Positions 46,498 through 57,750 of a DNA stretch of 64,000 nucleotides are shown piece after piece. The notes under the pieces are model-generated. The model searched no databases. It saw nothing but the letters and a program-made list of their open reading frames with translations, and was not told the origin of the DNA. Both the position numbers and the translations under genes were made by a program. The stretch spans positions 544,001-608,000 of the forward strand of contig OY771587.1 in NCBI GenBank assembly GCA_963674825.1. Direction: 5' to 3'. Every line of letters begins with the position of its first letter. The stretch's first letter is position 1. The DNA is from Candidatus Cloacimonadales bacterium. GTDB lineage: Bacteria > Cloacimonadota > Cloacimonadia > Cloacimonadales > JAIOQZ01.

Positions 46498-47572
46498 TAA
46501 ATTCCGCGATCCAATCCTGGTGCGTGCCATCGCTAGCAAACTACACGAAAACACACGTCCCATCCGCATCATGGAGGTATGCGGCACCCACACCATGTCC
46601 ATCGGCAAATGGGGCCTGCGTAAGATGCTCCCGAAATCAATAGAGCTGATCTCTGGACCTGGCTGCCCGGTCTGCGTAACGCCGGCCGGCTACATCGACG
46701 CCCTCATGGGGCTTGAATCGGCAACCGTCTGCGTATTCGGCGATCTGATGCGGGTTCCCGGAGCTAACGGTACTCTAGAAGACGCCCGTTCCCGTGGCCA
46801 TGACATCCGCATCGTCTATTCACCTATGCAAGCCCTGGAAATCGCTCAGGAACGGGAAACCGTCTTCGCTGCTATCGGATTCGAAACCACCATCCCCGGC
46901 ATCGCGCACACCATAAAACTGGCTAAAACGCAAGGCATCGGCACATTCTCCGTCCTGGCAGCCCTCAAGGCCATCCCACCTGCTCTGGACGCGCTCCTTT
47001 CTTCAGAAAATATTCAGGTCGACGGCTTCATCCTGCCTGGACACGTCTGCGCTGTTCTCGGCATGGAGCCGTTTCGCTTTTTGCCCGAGAAATACAATGT
47101 CGGAGGTGTTATCACCGGGTTTGAACCCCTTGAAATCCTGTCCGCAATCCAGCAACTGATCGACATGAACGACCACCCCGCTATCCACAATCAGTATGCG
47201 CGTGTAGTGTCCGATCGCGGTAACCCGCACGCACGCAGGATGATCGACGCAGTGCTTCAGCCCAACGACGCTATTTGGCGCGGACTGGGCACAATTCCCG
47301 GTTCTGGCTACACCTTGCGTGACGATTACGCATCCTTCGACGCTTCAGCAAAGTTCGGAATCACAATAACCGACGAAGCCGAGAACCGTGGATGCCGCTG
47401 CGGCGACGTGCTCAAAGGCGTCATCAAACCCGATCAATGTGAGCTCTTTGGCGCTGTATGCACACCGGCATCACCCATCGGACCCTGTATGGTTTCATCC
47501 GAAGGAAGCTGCGCTGCATATTACCGATATGAACTCCCGCAAACAAGCACTAAGGATCAAAGACAATGCTAG
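46484..47572 (+). CDS. hypD: Hydrogenase maturation protein HypD
   Basis: MEVCGTH, GPGCPVC, GFETT, PGHV and PIGPCMVSSEGSCAA. Confidence 0.98.
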   Translation: MAIADKFRDPILVRAIASKLHENTRPIRIMEVCGTHTMSIGKWGLRKMLPKSIELISGPGCPVCVTPAGYIDALMGLESATVCVFGDLMRVPGANGTLEDARSRGHDIRIVYSPMQALEIAQERETVFAAIGFETTIPGIAHTIKLAKTQGIGTFSVLAALKAIPPALDALLSSENIQVDGFILPGHVCAVLGMEPFRFLPEKYNVGGVITGFEPLEILSAIQQLIDMNDHPAIHNQYARVVSDRGNPHARRMIDAVLQPNDAIWRGLGTIPGSGYTLRDDYASFDASAKFGITITDEAENRGCRCGDVLKGVIKPDQCELFGAVCTPASPIGPCMVSSEGSCAAYYRYELPQTSTKDQRQC

Positions 47573-48549
47573 ATGAAATCATAAAGCTCAGCCACGGAAG
47601 CGGCGGCAACATGACCCGGCGATTGATCAGGGATGTGATGAACAATCGGTTTCAAATGCCCTCCATGAGTGATTCCGCAGTGATCGGTGGCCGCATGGTC
47701 TCCACCATCGACGCGCATGTGGTCAAGCCCATCTTCTTCCCGGGAGGCGACATCGGCAGGCTCAGCGTCACCGGCACCGTGAACGACCTCGCTGTCGCAG
47801 GCGCGATCCCGCTTTCAATTTTCATCGCCTACATCATTGAGGAAGGCTTCCCGATGAGAGAACTCGAGCGCATTACCGAATCGGTACATCAGGCAGCACA
47901 GGAAGCTGGCGTTAAAATTCTCGGCGGCGATACGAAAGTGGTCGAGCACGGCAAAGCAGACGGACTCTACCTTGTCACCTCAGGAATCGGCATGCTGCAC
48001 GATGGCTATGCCCCGGGCGACCGGTCTATCAGCGAAGGCGATAGCGTAATCGTCAGCGGAAACCTTGGCGATCACGCCATCGCGGTGATCAACGCCCGTG
48101 AGAACCTCGGCCTTCAACCAGCCCCAGAGAGTGATTGCGCACCACTCAACCACCTGATCGGTATCATGCTGGAAACAGCCGATATCCGCTTCATGCGAGA
48201 TCCCACTCGTGGTGGCCTGACAACTGTGCTCAACGAAATTGCCGACGAATTCCAAGTTGGATTCCACCTCTTCGAGCGCGACATCCCCATCCGCGATTCG
48301 GTACGATCCGCGTCAGAACTGCTGGGGATCGATCCGCTCTACCTGGCCAACGAAGGCCGGGTTGTCGCAATCGTGCGAGGCGATACGAAAACACTCATCG
48401 ACCGTATGCGAAAGCACCCGCTCGGAACCGATGCACAAGTAATCGGAACTGTTACGAATGATGCGGGACGCGTATATCTGGAAACCGCGATCGGAAGCGT
48501 GCGGCAGCTACCCATGCTCGAATCCGATCCTCTCCCGAGGATATGCTGA
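47566..48549 (+). CDS. hypE: Hydrogenase maturation protein HypE
   Basis: SHGSGG, FFPGGDIG, GDTKVV, MRDPTRGG and the C-terminal LPRIC. Confidence 0.98.
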   Translation: MLDEIIKLSHGSGGNMTRRLIRDVMNNRFQMPSMSDSAVIGGRMVSTIDAHVVKPIFFPGGDIGRLSVTGTVNDLAVAGAIPLSIFIAYIIEEGFPMRELERITESVHQAAQEAGVKILGGDTKVVEHGKADGLYLVTSGIGMLHDGYAPGDRSISEGDSVIVSGNLGDHAIAVINARENLGLQPAPESDCAPLNHLIGIMLETADIRFMRDPTRGGLTTVLNEIADEFQVGFHLFERDIPIRDSVRSASELLGIDPLYLANEGRVVAIVRGDTKTLIDRMRKHPLGTDAQVIGTVTNDAGRVYLETAIGSVRQLPMLESDPLPRIC

Positions 48550-48896
48550 TGCATGAAGCCTCCATAGTAAAAGCCATCTTCGAGTCATGTGACGAGATAC
48601 GAAAAACGGGGGAAATCACACGGGTCACTCTGATCAAGATCATCGTTGGCGGCATGCACCATCTGGTTCCGCAGGTTATGCTGCACTATTTCGATCTGAT
48701 GAAAAAGGAGTGGTGTGGTTTTGAATCTGCCGAACTTGAAATGACGATCGTGCCGGTAAAGGTAACCTGTCGGAAGTGCGGCTGGAGCGGGGAAGTAGAG
48801 CCACCTATCTTCATGTGCGAGGATTGCGGCTCGTTCGAGACGGACATGATTCAAGGCAAGGATTTAGTAATAGAAACGATACAAGGAGAAGCCTGA
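48549..48896 (+). CDS. hypA: Nickel metallochaperone HypA
   Basis: N-terminal MHE and two CxxC motifs. Confidence 0.95.
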   Translation: MHEASIVKAIFESCDEIRKTGEITRVTLIKIIVGGMHHLVPQVMLHYFDLMKKEWCGFESAELEMTIVPVKVTCRKCGWSGEVEPPIFMCEDCGSFETDMIQGKDLVIETIQGEA

Positions 48897-49549
48897 TGCA
48901 GAAAGAAATCAAGGTCATGCAAAAGATTTTGAACACGAACGACACGATCGCGCAGCAACTGCGCGAGAGCTTGAAAGAACGCGGCATCACTTTCGTCAAC
49001 ATGATAAGCGGTCCAGGCTCCGGCAAGACCAGCCTCATCGAAGCAACAGCCGGCAAGACCGACAAGAAGCTGTTTGTCATCGAAGGTGACATCCAGACCA
49101 CTCTCGACGCCCAGCGTATCTCCGCCAAGGGAATCGGCGCGTATCAGATCAACACCGGGCTCTTTGGCGGCGCGTGCCACCTTGAAGCAGACTGGATACG
49201 TTCTGCGATCGAGGAAGCCGGCATCGACGACATCGACATCCTGTTTGTGGAGAACATCGGCAACCTGGTCTGCCCTGCGGAGTTTGACATCGGCGCTCAT
49301 CATGGTGTTCTGCTCATCAGCGTCACCGAGGGTGAGGACAAACCGCTCAAGTACCCGCTCGCGTTTCAGGTCACCCAAACCTGCGTTATCACCAAGACAG
49401 ACCTGCTCCCCTACCTCGACATCGATATCGATGCCCTGCGCAGGAACATCCGGCAGGTCAACCCCGATATGAAGATCATCGAGCTTTCCACCAAGACCGG
49501 CGAAGGCCTGAACCAGTGGATTGAGCTGCTGGATACCCTTCTTCCTTAA
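48896..49549 (+). CDS. hypB: Nickel-insertion GTPase HypB
   Basis: SGPGSGKT, CHL, ENIGNLVCPA, EGEDKPLKYP and TKTD. Confidence 0.97.
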   Translation: MQKEIKVMQKILNTNDTIAQQLRESLKERGITFVNMISGPGSGKTSLIEATAGKTDKKLFVIEGDIQTTLDAQRISAKGIGAYQINTGLFGGACHLEADWIRSAIEEAGIDDIDILFVENIGNLVCPAEFDIGAHHGVLLISVTEGEDKPLKYPLAFQVTQTCVITKTDLLPYLDIDIDALRRNIRQVNPDMKIIELSTKTGEGLNQWIELLDTLLP

Positions 49550-49604
49550 GGATCACCAACACGATATCATCCCATGCTTCTAAACGTGGAATGCCTTAAT
49601 AATG

Positions 49605-49630
49605 AAAAACCCCGGATCGCTCCGGGGTTT
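49605..49630. terminator. Bidirectional intrinsic terminator between hypB and groEL
   Basis: AAACCCCGGA-TCGC-TCCGGGGTTT between convergent genes. Confidence 0.85.
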
Positions 49631-49653
49631 CGTATATCTTGTGGGGAAATGGT

Positions 49654-51345
<1,692 letters not shown>

Positions 51346-51361
51346 TCACGTCATTTGGCTT

Positions 51362-51388
51362 TTAGCAGTCACTCATGACGATTGCTAA
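51362..51388. promoter_or_regulatory. CIRCE element (HrcA operator)
   Basis: TTAGCAGTC-N9-GATTGCTAA versus the consensus TTAGCACTC-N9-GAGTGCTAA, upstream of groEL. Confidence 0.9.
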
Positions 51389-51517
51389 AAACAGTATAAT
51401 CGAATTCGTGTCAATGAAAAATTTTTTTTGACCCCAATTTTGGTAATACAGCCACATCTGGGCTGCTCTTACAACATTAACAATTTCCTCGAATATTCAT
51501 TTCTCCTCTCGAAAAGC

Positions 51518-52054
51518 TTATAACCTTCCCCTTGGTATTGAGTGTACCCATGGGAGATTCACTTTGGGATTACCCATTTTCTCATAGTAGTTAGCCCTGA
51601 ATTGAGGATGGCTTTCTGAGACGAACGCGAGAACCTTTACTTTTGATGCTCCCTTAGATATAATATCATTATAATAGAGTTCCGCCGTCTTCCCTGTATG
51701 CATAACTCCAGTTGTTATCAAGACGCTATCCAAGTTGCTTTCAACCATTATTTCTTCCACTAAACAGTCATATCTCTTGTTATCTCTCCATTCCATATAA
51801 TGATCAAAGACAAATAGAGGCACAGCTCCTAAATGCTCAGAAACCAATCCTCCGACTATCGCTCCTCCGCGACCGATACCAATTATTATACTGGGTTGAA
51901 AGTGATCTTTTGTCATTTCATCAACAAGTTTCTTGATCGTTGCATCAAAGTGCTCCCATGTATATTTTCGGCGAGCAATAATCCAATTAATGATTGTAAT
52001 CAACGAAGAAATCAACCCAATTGCCGAAAACAAATAGAGAATAGCTTCTTTCAT
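51518..52054 (-). CDS. Membrane-anchored type I phosphoribosyltransferase-like protein with a degenerate PRPP loop
   Basis: N-terminal TM; YTWEHF, IIGIGRGG, VLITTGVMHTGKT and LPW; AT-rich; AGGAGG SD. Confidence 0.75.
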   Translation of the reverse strand: MKEAILYLFSAIGLISSLITIINWIIARRKYTWEHFDATIKKLVDEMTKDHFQPSIIIGIGRGGAIVGGLVSEHLGAVPLFVFDHYMEWRDNKRYDCLVEEIMVESNLDSVLITTGVMHTGKTAELYYNDIISKGASKVKVLAFVSESHPQFRANYYEKMGNPKVNLPWVHSIPRGRL

Positions 52055-52128
52055 TGTAGCCTCCTGGACGAACTTGACACTCACATGCCAATTGTTCTCT
52101 AGTAAACGTAATGCAATTATATGTCTAT

Positions 52129-52156
52129 AAAAAAAAGCCTGGAGACACCAGGCTTT
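52129..52156 (-). terminator. Intrinsic terminator after the beta-barrel gene
   Basis: AAAGCCTGG-AGACA-CCAGGCTTT with an A run that reads as a U tail on the minus strand. Confidence 0.8.
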
Positions 52157-52178
52157 ACATGTGAAATCAATCTATTAG

Positions 52179-53045
52179 CTATAGAATCGAATAGCTGAAG
52201 CCGAGTGCGAGGTTTTCGCGGTACTGCCCAGCCTTATCCTGCTCCTTGTCGTACACCCATTCAACCTCGAGGTTGATGGAGAGCGACTTCCAGATCTTGG
52301 CGTTGAGGGTGTTCAGCCATGTCACATCCGCGGCCTTCCAATCGTCGTTTTCGAGGTCGTCTTCCTCGGAATTGTACAGCGCCTGGAATACATCGAGACG
52401 GCTTTCATAGGTCAGTGTCTCGTTGAGCACCTTCATATATTCGCCGACAAATTCAAGACCCGCGTCCTGCGTAGTGTTGGTTTCTTCCTCGCCATCTTCG
52501 TTCAGCGCATCGCGGTCGATATGCTGGCGGAGCGCGCCACCGAGACGGGTCGAGAACATATGCTTCTCTTCTTCTATGAATACGCGCGCGAGGCCTGCTG
52601 ACTCGGTCAGTAGCATCGGGTTAAACGTGCGGGTATTGCCTTCCTGACTGTAGTCGATGAACTGCGATTCAAGCCGAAACGAAACGAACGGATCGACCCA
52701 ACCGTGCATCGTGAAGCGCAGCATCGATTCAAAGTCGATCAAGTCAGTACTCTTTTCAGGCTTTGCCCAATAACGATCGCCGTTGTCGTCCACTTCCTGC
52801 TGATGTGTCTGCCCGAAGGCCAGTTTCAGAGTATTACGGTTGTTGAGCAGATCGGTGAGTTGCTTCTGCGCGGAGCTGTTGAGCTTGGCAGTCCAGGACA
52901 CGCTGCTCTTCTCGGTTCCATTCCAGTTATCGGAATACGCGCCCTGACTCAAAAGCAGATTGAAATCCGATTTCACTTCCCAATCCTCAGCGCTGATCGC
53001 TGCTACGATCGCCAGAACAACGAAGAACAATATGGTTTTTCTCAT
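52179..53045 (-). CDS. Outer-membrane beta-barrel (DUF3078/DUF481-like)
   Basis: Signal peptide, SQGAYSDNWNG, alternating beta strands and terminal LALGFSYSIL. Confidence 0.7.
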   Translation of the reverse strand: MRKTILFFVVLAIVAAISAEDWEVKSDFNLLLSQGAYSDNWNGTEKSSVSWTAKLNSSAQKQLTDLLNNRNTLKLAFGQTHQQEVDDNGDRYWAKPEKSTDLIDFESMLRFTMHGWVDPFVSFRLESQFIDYSQEGNTRTFNPMLLTESAGLARVFIEEEKHMFSTRLGGALRQHIDRDALNEDGEEETNTTQDAGLEFVGEYMKVLNETLTYESRLDVFQALYNSEEDDLENDDWKAADVTWLNTLNAKIWKSLSINLEVEWVYDKEQDKAGQYRENLALGFSYSIL

Positions 53046-53176
53046 GCTTCCTCCTCTTTTGAATATAGAGGAGATATTATAGCAGGAAAAACGGGTACGT
53101 CAAGAACATTCATGGCTTGATAATTTTTCATGATTAGCTTGAATGGAATTTAATAAATACAGCATAGGCAAAAAAA

Positions 53177-53252
53177 TGGTGGAGCATAGCGGGATCGAAC
53201 CGCTGACCTCCACACTGCCAGTGTGGCGCTCTCCCAGCTGAGCTAATGCCCC
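53177..53252 (-). tRNA. tRNA-Ala(GGC)
   Basis: Reverse complement GGGGCATTAGCTCAGCTGGGAGAGCG...CT-GGC-AG...GGTTCGATCC...TGCTCCACCA, 76 nt, with G3:U70. Confidence 0.97.
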
Positions 53253-53428
53253 ATATCGGAAACAACCTTCTGAAACGAGCGATTCCGGTCAAGAAATTTC
53301 TGCGAATTTGGGCAACTACATAGAATATCCTTTTCTCAATCCGTCACACACGGAATGGAAATTCGTTGTAAAAATGACTTGTGCCGTTCACGCACGATAA
53401 TATTCTGTCGCGAAATAAGAGGTACATT

Positions 53429-54679
53429 ATGCTGAAGATATACATACTGATTCTTTTAATCATTATATGCACAGTTCTAAGCGCTGAGATTCTCATTCCT
53501 ATGGATGAAGTTCAGACCGATCACCTCAAGGCATATGGCGTGGCATTTGAAGGCCTCAAAGAGGGCCTCGTGGTCAAGTGGCTGCTCAACTACCGCGCCG
53601 GATCGTGGGTCATCCCGGAATCATCCACTATCGAGAGCATTTGCCGTGTGCGTGGGGTGTTCTATGAGAAGATCGGATCCGCACAATACGCCGCTATCCT
53701 CCAGGAAATCGAAGGCGCAAACATGGATGCCATTGTACTGGAGAAAGAGCCGAAGATCGCCGTCTATGCTCCACCAAACTCCCAACCATGGGACGATGCC
53801 GTTCGGCTCGCGCTCGATTATGCCCAGATCGATCACGATATCATCTGGGACGAGGACGTTCTGCAGGGTAAGCTGGAAGATTACGACTGGGTGCATCTGC
53901 ATCACGAGGATTTCACGGGTCAGTACGGTAAATTCTACCGCAGCTTTCGCACAACCGCCTGGTATCAGGAAGAGGTGCGCATGAACGAAGAAATGGCGCA
54001 GAATCTGGGATATCCGTCGGTATGGAAGCTCAAACACGCTGTAGCGGAAACAATACGCGAATACGTGCAAAACGGTGGATTCCTTTTTGCCATGTGTGCC
54101 GCTACTGACACATTCGATATCGCCCTCGCTGCGAAAAATGTGGATATCGTGGATGTCGTGTACGACGGCACGCCACCGGAACCGGGATACCAGAGCAAGC
54201 TTGATTTCTCGCGCTCTCTGGCATTCGAAAACTATACGCTCATCACCGATCCCAATGTCTATGAATTTTCGTCTATCGATGCCAGCGACTACGCGCAACT
54301 CCGCGGAGCAGAGCAAGATTACTTTCTGCTCTTCGACTTCTCGGCGAAATATGACCCTGTCCCCACAATGCTTACCCAATGCCATACGAACTACGTCAAC
54401 GGCTTCCTCGGCCAGACAACGACCTTCCACAAGGAAAACGTGAAGAAGAGCGTGATAATCATGGGAGAAGTTCCCGGCGCGGATGAAGTGAAGTACCTGC
54501 ATGGAAATTACGGTAAGGGAACCTTTACTTTCTACGGTGGTCACGATCCGGAGGATTATCAGCATCGTGTTGGCGATCCACCATCAGTTCTTTCCCTTCA
54601 CAAGAACTCGCCCGGTTACCGTCTGATCCTTAACAACGTACTCTTCCCCGCCGCAGAGAAAAAGAAGCTGAAGACATAA
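53429..54679 (+). CDS. Secreted conserved protein with a class I GATase-like fold (family often auto-labelled 'asparagine synthetase B')
   Basis: Signal peptide; LIPMD..Q.DHLKAYG, WLLNYR.GS, HLHHEDFTGQYGKF, FAMC.ATD, GGHDPEDY and NSPGYRLILNNVLFPAA. Confidence 0.75.
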   Translation: MLKIYILILLIIICTVLSAEILIPMDEVQTDHLKAYGVAFEGLKEGLVVKWLLNYRAGSWVIPESSTIESICRVRGVFYEKIGSAQYAAILQEIEGANMDAIVLEKEPKIAVYAPPNSQPWDDAVRLALDYAQIDHDIIWDEDVLQGKLEDYDWVHLHHEDFTGQYGKFYRSFRTTAWYQEEVRMNEEMAQNLGYPSVWKLKHAVAETIREYVQNGGFLFAMCAATDTFDIALAAKNVDIVDVVYDGTPPEPGYQSKLDFSRSLAFENYTLITDPNVYEFSSIDASDYAQLRGAEQDYFLLFDFSAKYDPVPTMLTQCHTNYVNGFLGQTTTFHKENVKKSVIIMGEVPGADEVKYLHGNYGKGTFTFYGGHDPEDYQHRVGDPPSVLSLHKNSPGYRLILNNVLFPAAEKKKLKT

Positions 54680-54874
54680 GCATTATGGAGCGCTAAGACT
54701 TTACTCGGCATTCCCTCTCTTTTTCAATCATTCACTATTCATGAAATCAATGTTCGAAAGATGATTTCATGGGATCATATACCAAGGAAGGGCAGTCATG
54801 GGAATCTGCTCCTACAGCTCTTCATGAGATGCGAGTGTCCTCACCCGCATCTCGCCTGCCCCAGTATCCTGAGC

Positions 54875-54905
54875 AAAAAAAAACGCCTCCCCATTCGAGG
54901 AGGCG
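54875..54905 (-). terminator. Intrinsic terminator after the TonB receptor
   Basis: CGCCTCC-N8-GGAGGCG stem with an A9 run that reads as a U tail on the minus strand. Confidence 0.8.
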
Positions 54906-54925
54906 CCGTTGTAAGCAATGACCTT

Positions 54926-57685
54926 TTAGAACTTATATTCCAGAGTCAGGAAGGTGTTGAACAGCGGAGCGGGCTCCACATACATATAGCGTTTGCTATT
55001 AAGGATGTCGTCGCGACCGTAGTCTGAACCGTAGTAGGCAGACTCGCAGTTGTCTTCGCGATTGTTGAGGTTGTTCAGGTCGAGACGCACATTCGCGCTA
55101 TTACCCCAGAGCTTGAATGAATACTTGATGTTCGCGCTGATCGTGAGGTAGAAGGGCAGCTTCGCTTCCTGATCGTCGTTGTTGATATCCTTGTAGGTGT
55201 TGTCGTAGCTGGCATAGTATTCGTCCCACCACTTGAGTGTGGAACCGATACGCAATTTCTGATCTTCAGCAAGGCGGAATGTGTAGCCGAGATAAGCGTT
55301 TGCCATCTTTTCGGGTGAGTATGGCACTACTTTCCCTTCGATATCTTCAGCCGCATAGTTGAATACTTTGAGGTAGTTCATCTTGTTCCAGCGATATCTC
55401 GCGAGGGTAAGAGAACCTCCCATATCGAATCCATAATAAACGGCACTCGTGGAGATTTCCCATCCGGAGTGTGTCGCGCTACCGGCGTTGATCGTTCTGT
55501 TGATCGTTTCATGGGTTTCTTCGTCTTCCCACTCGGCAGAACCAATCTTGTCGGTATAGAGCGTCTTGTAGTAGTTGACATTCAGGTCGTAATCGAATGC
55601 GCCATCCGAAAGAGTCAGGCCCATACCGACTTCCCAGGTCTCGGCTTTTTCTGGATCGAGATCGTATTCTGCGGGACCGGATGAGCGATTGTACCAGTCG
55701 GACACCTTCGGTTCTTTGTAGGCAATCGCCCAGCTCGACATGAGGTTCACCTCTTCGGTCACGTTCACGTTGATACCCGCTTTGGGCGAGAAGAAGCTGA
55801 ATGTACGATTGTAATCGTCATCAGAGAACATCTTCTCTCCAGTTTCTTCATCGATTTCATTCTTGGTCGCATAGTATTTGATGCCCGAGAACTTGCCTTC
55901 ACCGAAGTTGTAGATCTCGATCGGATTTTCGCTTACTTCCGAGTAGTAGCTCGCATACTGGCCTTCGAAAAGAATGTTCACAAAATCAAGCGGTTTAAGC
56001 TCGGTTCTACCAAACACGGATGAATTGACCACACGTGAATCGTAGTCGTAGCGACGTTCGACATCGCTATATACTTTCACGGTATCGATAGGATCATACG
56101 AGCGCCATTCTTCAGTTTCCGCGTAGTGACTTGCATCCCATACACGAAACTCACCACCGACAACAAAACCGAAGAAATCGGTCACATCGTTCGCGTAGTA
56201 AAGGTTCGTACCATACTGCACGTGCTCGTTGTGCGAGTCGTTGATCCGGCTGTGATCGTAAAGACTCACAGCGTTCGATGCACGATCTTTCTTCTCGGTT
56301 CTTTCTTCGCCGTTATACATATAGGTAATGTTTTCGTCGTCTTCGCTGAGAACTTCGAATCCGTCCATCTCCTGGCCGGTTTTCAGATAAGCCCACATAG
56401 CGTGGCGGCGATACACACGATTGTCTGTGTTTTCATTGACATCGATATAGGTGACTCTACCTGTCTCAGGATCGAAAAGGTCCTGTGCCTCATATCGTCC
56501 ACCACCTTCACCCTTCGTCACGAAAACGTTGGTACGAATCTGCTGGAAATCGTCCGGAGTCCAGTCCCAACGAAGAGAGAGCTGTGGCTTGTAGTAATAG
56601 TTCTCTTGCGAGAAGTGGTTGTTACGGTTGTAATTACGGCCAAGCTTATCCCAGAGAGCACGATCGGACATCGAACGTGACTGGTTGTGCTTCTGCGGAG
56701 CGCCGATAAAGCTGAGGTTGATCGAATGCTTGTCGTACACGGTCAGTGCTTCCGCACCGAACGACCAGCCGTCGTAATACGTTCCGTTGGTGTAGGAGTC
56801 ACCGGCCTTGCGCTCAACCATCAGATTATAATTGAAGTGGTTGTTCAGAATCGCGCCGGAATTGAAGCGAGTGAGGACGTTGTAATTGACGGGGTGATAA
56901 TCTTCCATTCCACCCTTACCGTCTGCCGAAGAGCCAGATTCGTACGCACCAACCGATGAACGAACGGAGACCTCTTGCTTGGGGCTCATGCCCATGGTCT
57001 CGATGTTGATCGATCCACCGAATGCGCCGGATCCGTACATGGAAGAGCCAGCGCCACGCTGTACCTGAACCGACTTCACGCTGGACGAAAGGCCTGTCCA
57101 GTTCGACCAGTAAACCTGCTGACTTTCCGGGTCGTTGACTGGAATACCGTTAATCAGGATCTGGATCTTTTCCGAATCGAAACCGCGAATGCTAACATCC
57201 GATTCGCCCAGGCCCGTGCTGGAAGAAAAGAGGCCGGGAACGTCTTCGAGAAGGAGCGGGATATCTTCCGTGGTATATTTGTCGGAGATTTCTTCTTCGC
57301 TCAGCGTCGTAAACGCCACAGGTGTTTCGCGTTCCACCGCGCGCGTCGCGTTGACGCGGATACCTTCAAGCGAGTAGGCTTCGACTTCGAGCGTCACCTT
57401 AACCGTTTCTGTGTAGCCTTCGGTTACCGTGAAAGGAATGCGAGTAGACTTGTAGCCGATCTGGTTTACGATCAACGTATAATTACCCACCGGCAGATCC
57501 TTGAAAATGAAGCTTCCGGATTCTTTGGTGTACATACCTTGCTCGGTTTCTTCGATGATGACACTCACGTTGGACAGGTATTCTCCCGTCTTCGCGCTGA
57601 TCACGCGACCAGCCACATTACCGGTCTGCGCGAACATCGCAGAGATCATGCACAAAGCAAAAATAATGAGATAGATTTTCCTCAT
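54926..57685 (-). CDS. TonB-dependent receptor with an N-terminal carboxypeptidase-regulatory-like domain
   Basis: Plug domain (SIRGF, INGIPVNDPES, QVQRGAGSS.YG...GGSIN) and terminal LEYKF. Confidence 0.93.
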   Translation of the reverse strand: MRKIYLIIFALCMISAMFAQTGNVAGRVISAKTGEYLSNVSVIIEETEQGMYTKESGSFIFKDLPVGNYTLIVNQIGYKSTRIPFTVTEGYTETVKVTLEVEAYSLEGIRVNATRAVERETPVAFTTLSEEEISDKYTTEDIPLLLEDVPGLFSSSTGLGESDVSIRGFDSEKIQILINGIPVNDPESQQVYWSNWTGLSSSVKSVQVQRGAGSSMYGSGAFGGSINIETMGMSPKQEVSVRSSVGAYESGSSADGKGGMEDYHPVNYNVLTRFNSGAILNNHFNYNLMVERKAGDSYTNGTYYDGWSFGAEALTVYDKHSINLSFIGAPQKHNQSRSMSDRALWDKLGRNYNRNNHFSQENYYYKPQLSLRWDWTPDDFQQIRTNVFVTKGEGGGRYEAQDLFDPETGRVTYIDVNENTDNRVYRRHAMWAYLKTGQEMDGFEVLSEDDENITYMYNGEERTEKKDRASNAVSLYDHSRINDSHNEHVQYGTNLYYANDVTDFFGFVVGGEFRVWDASHYAETEEWRSYDPIDTVKVYSDVERRYDYDSRVVNSSVFGRTELKPLDFVNILFEGQYASYYSEVSENPIEIYNFGEGKFSGIKYYATKNEIDEETGEKMFSDDDYNRTFSFFSPKAGINVNVTEEVNLMSSWAIAYKEPKVSDWYNRSSGPAEYDLDPEKAETWEVGMGLTLSDGAFDYDLNVNYYKTLYTDKIGSAEWEDEETHETINRTINAGSATHSGWEISTSAVYYGFDMGGSLTLARYRWNKMNYLKVFNYAAEDIEGKVVPYSPEKMANAYLGYTFRLAEDQKLRIGSTLKWWDEYYASYDNTYKDINNDDQEAKLPFYLTISANIKYSFKLWGNSANVRLDLNNLNNREDNCESAYYGSDYGRDDILNSKRYMYVEPAPLFNTFLTLEYKF

Positions 57686-57750
57686 GTGATCCTCCCAATT
57701 GTTTATTTACTGTATATTACTCATCTGTAAATAGCTGATAAAGTTTATCA

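Noticed and set aside
51400..53252. Integrative element at tRNA-Ala
   Set aside because: No integrase and no duplicated tRNA 3' end were found by eye.
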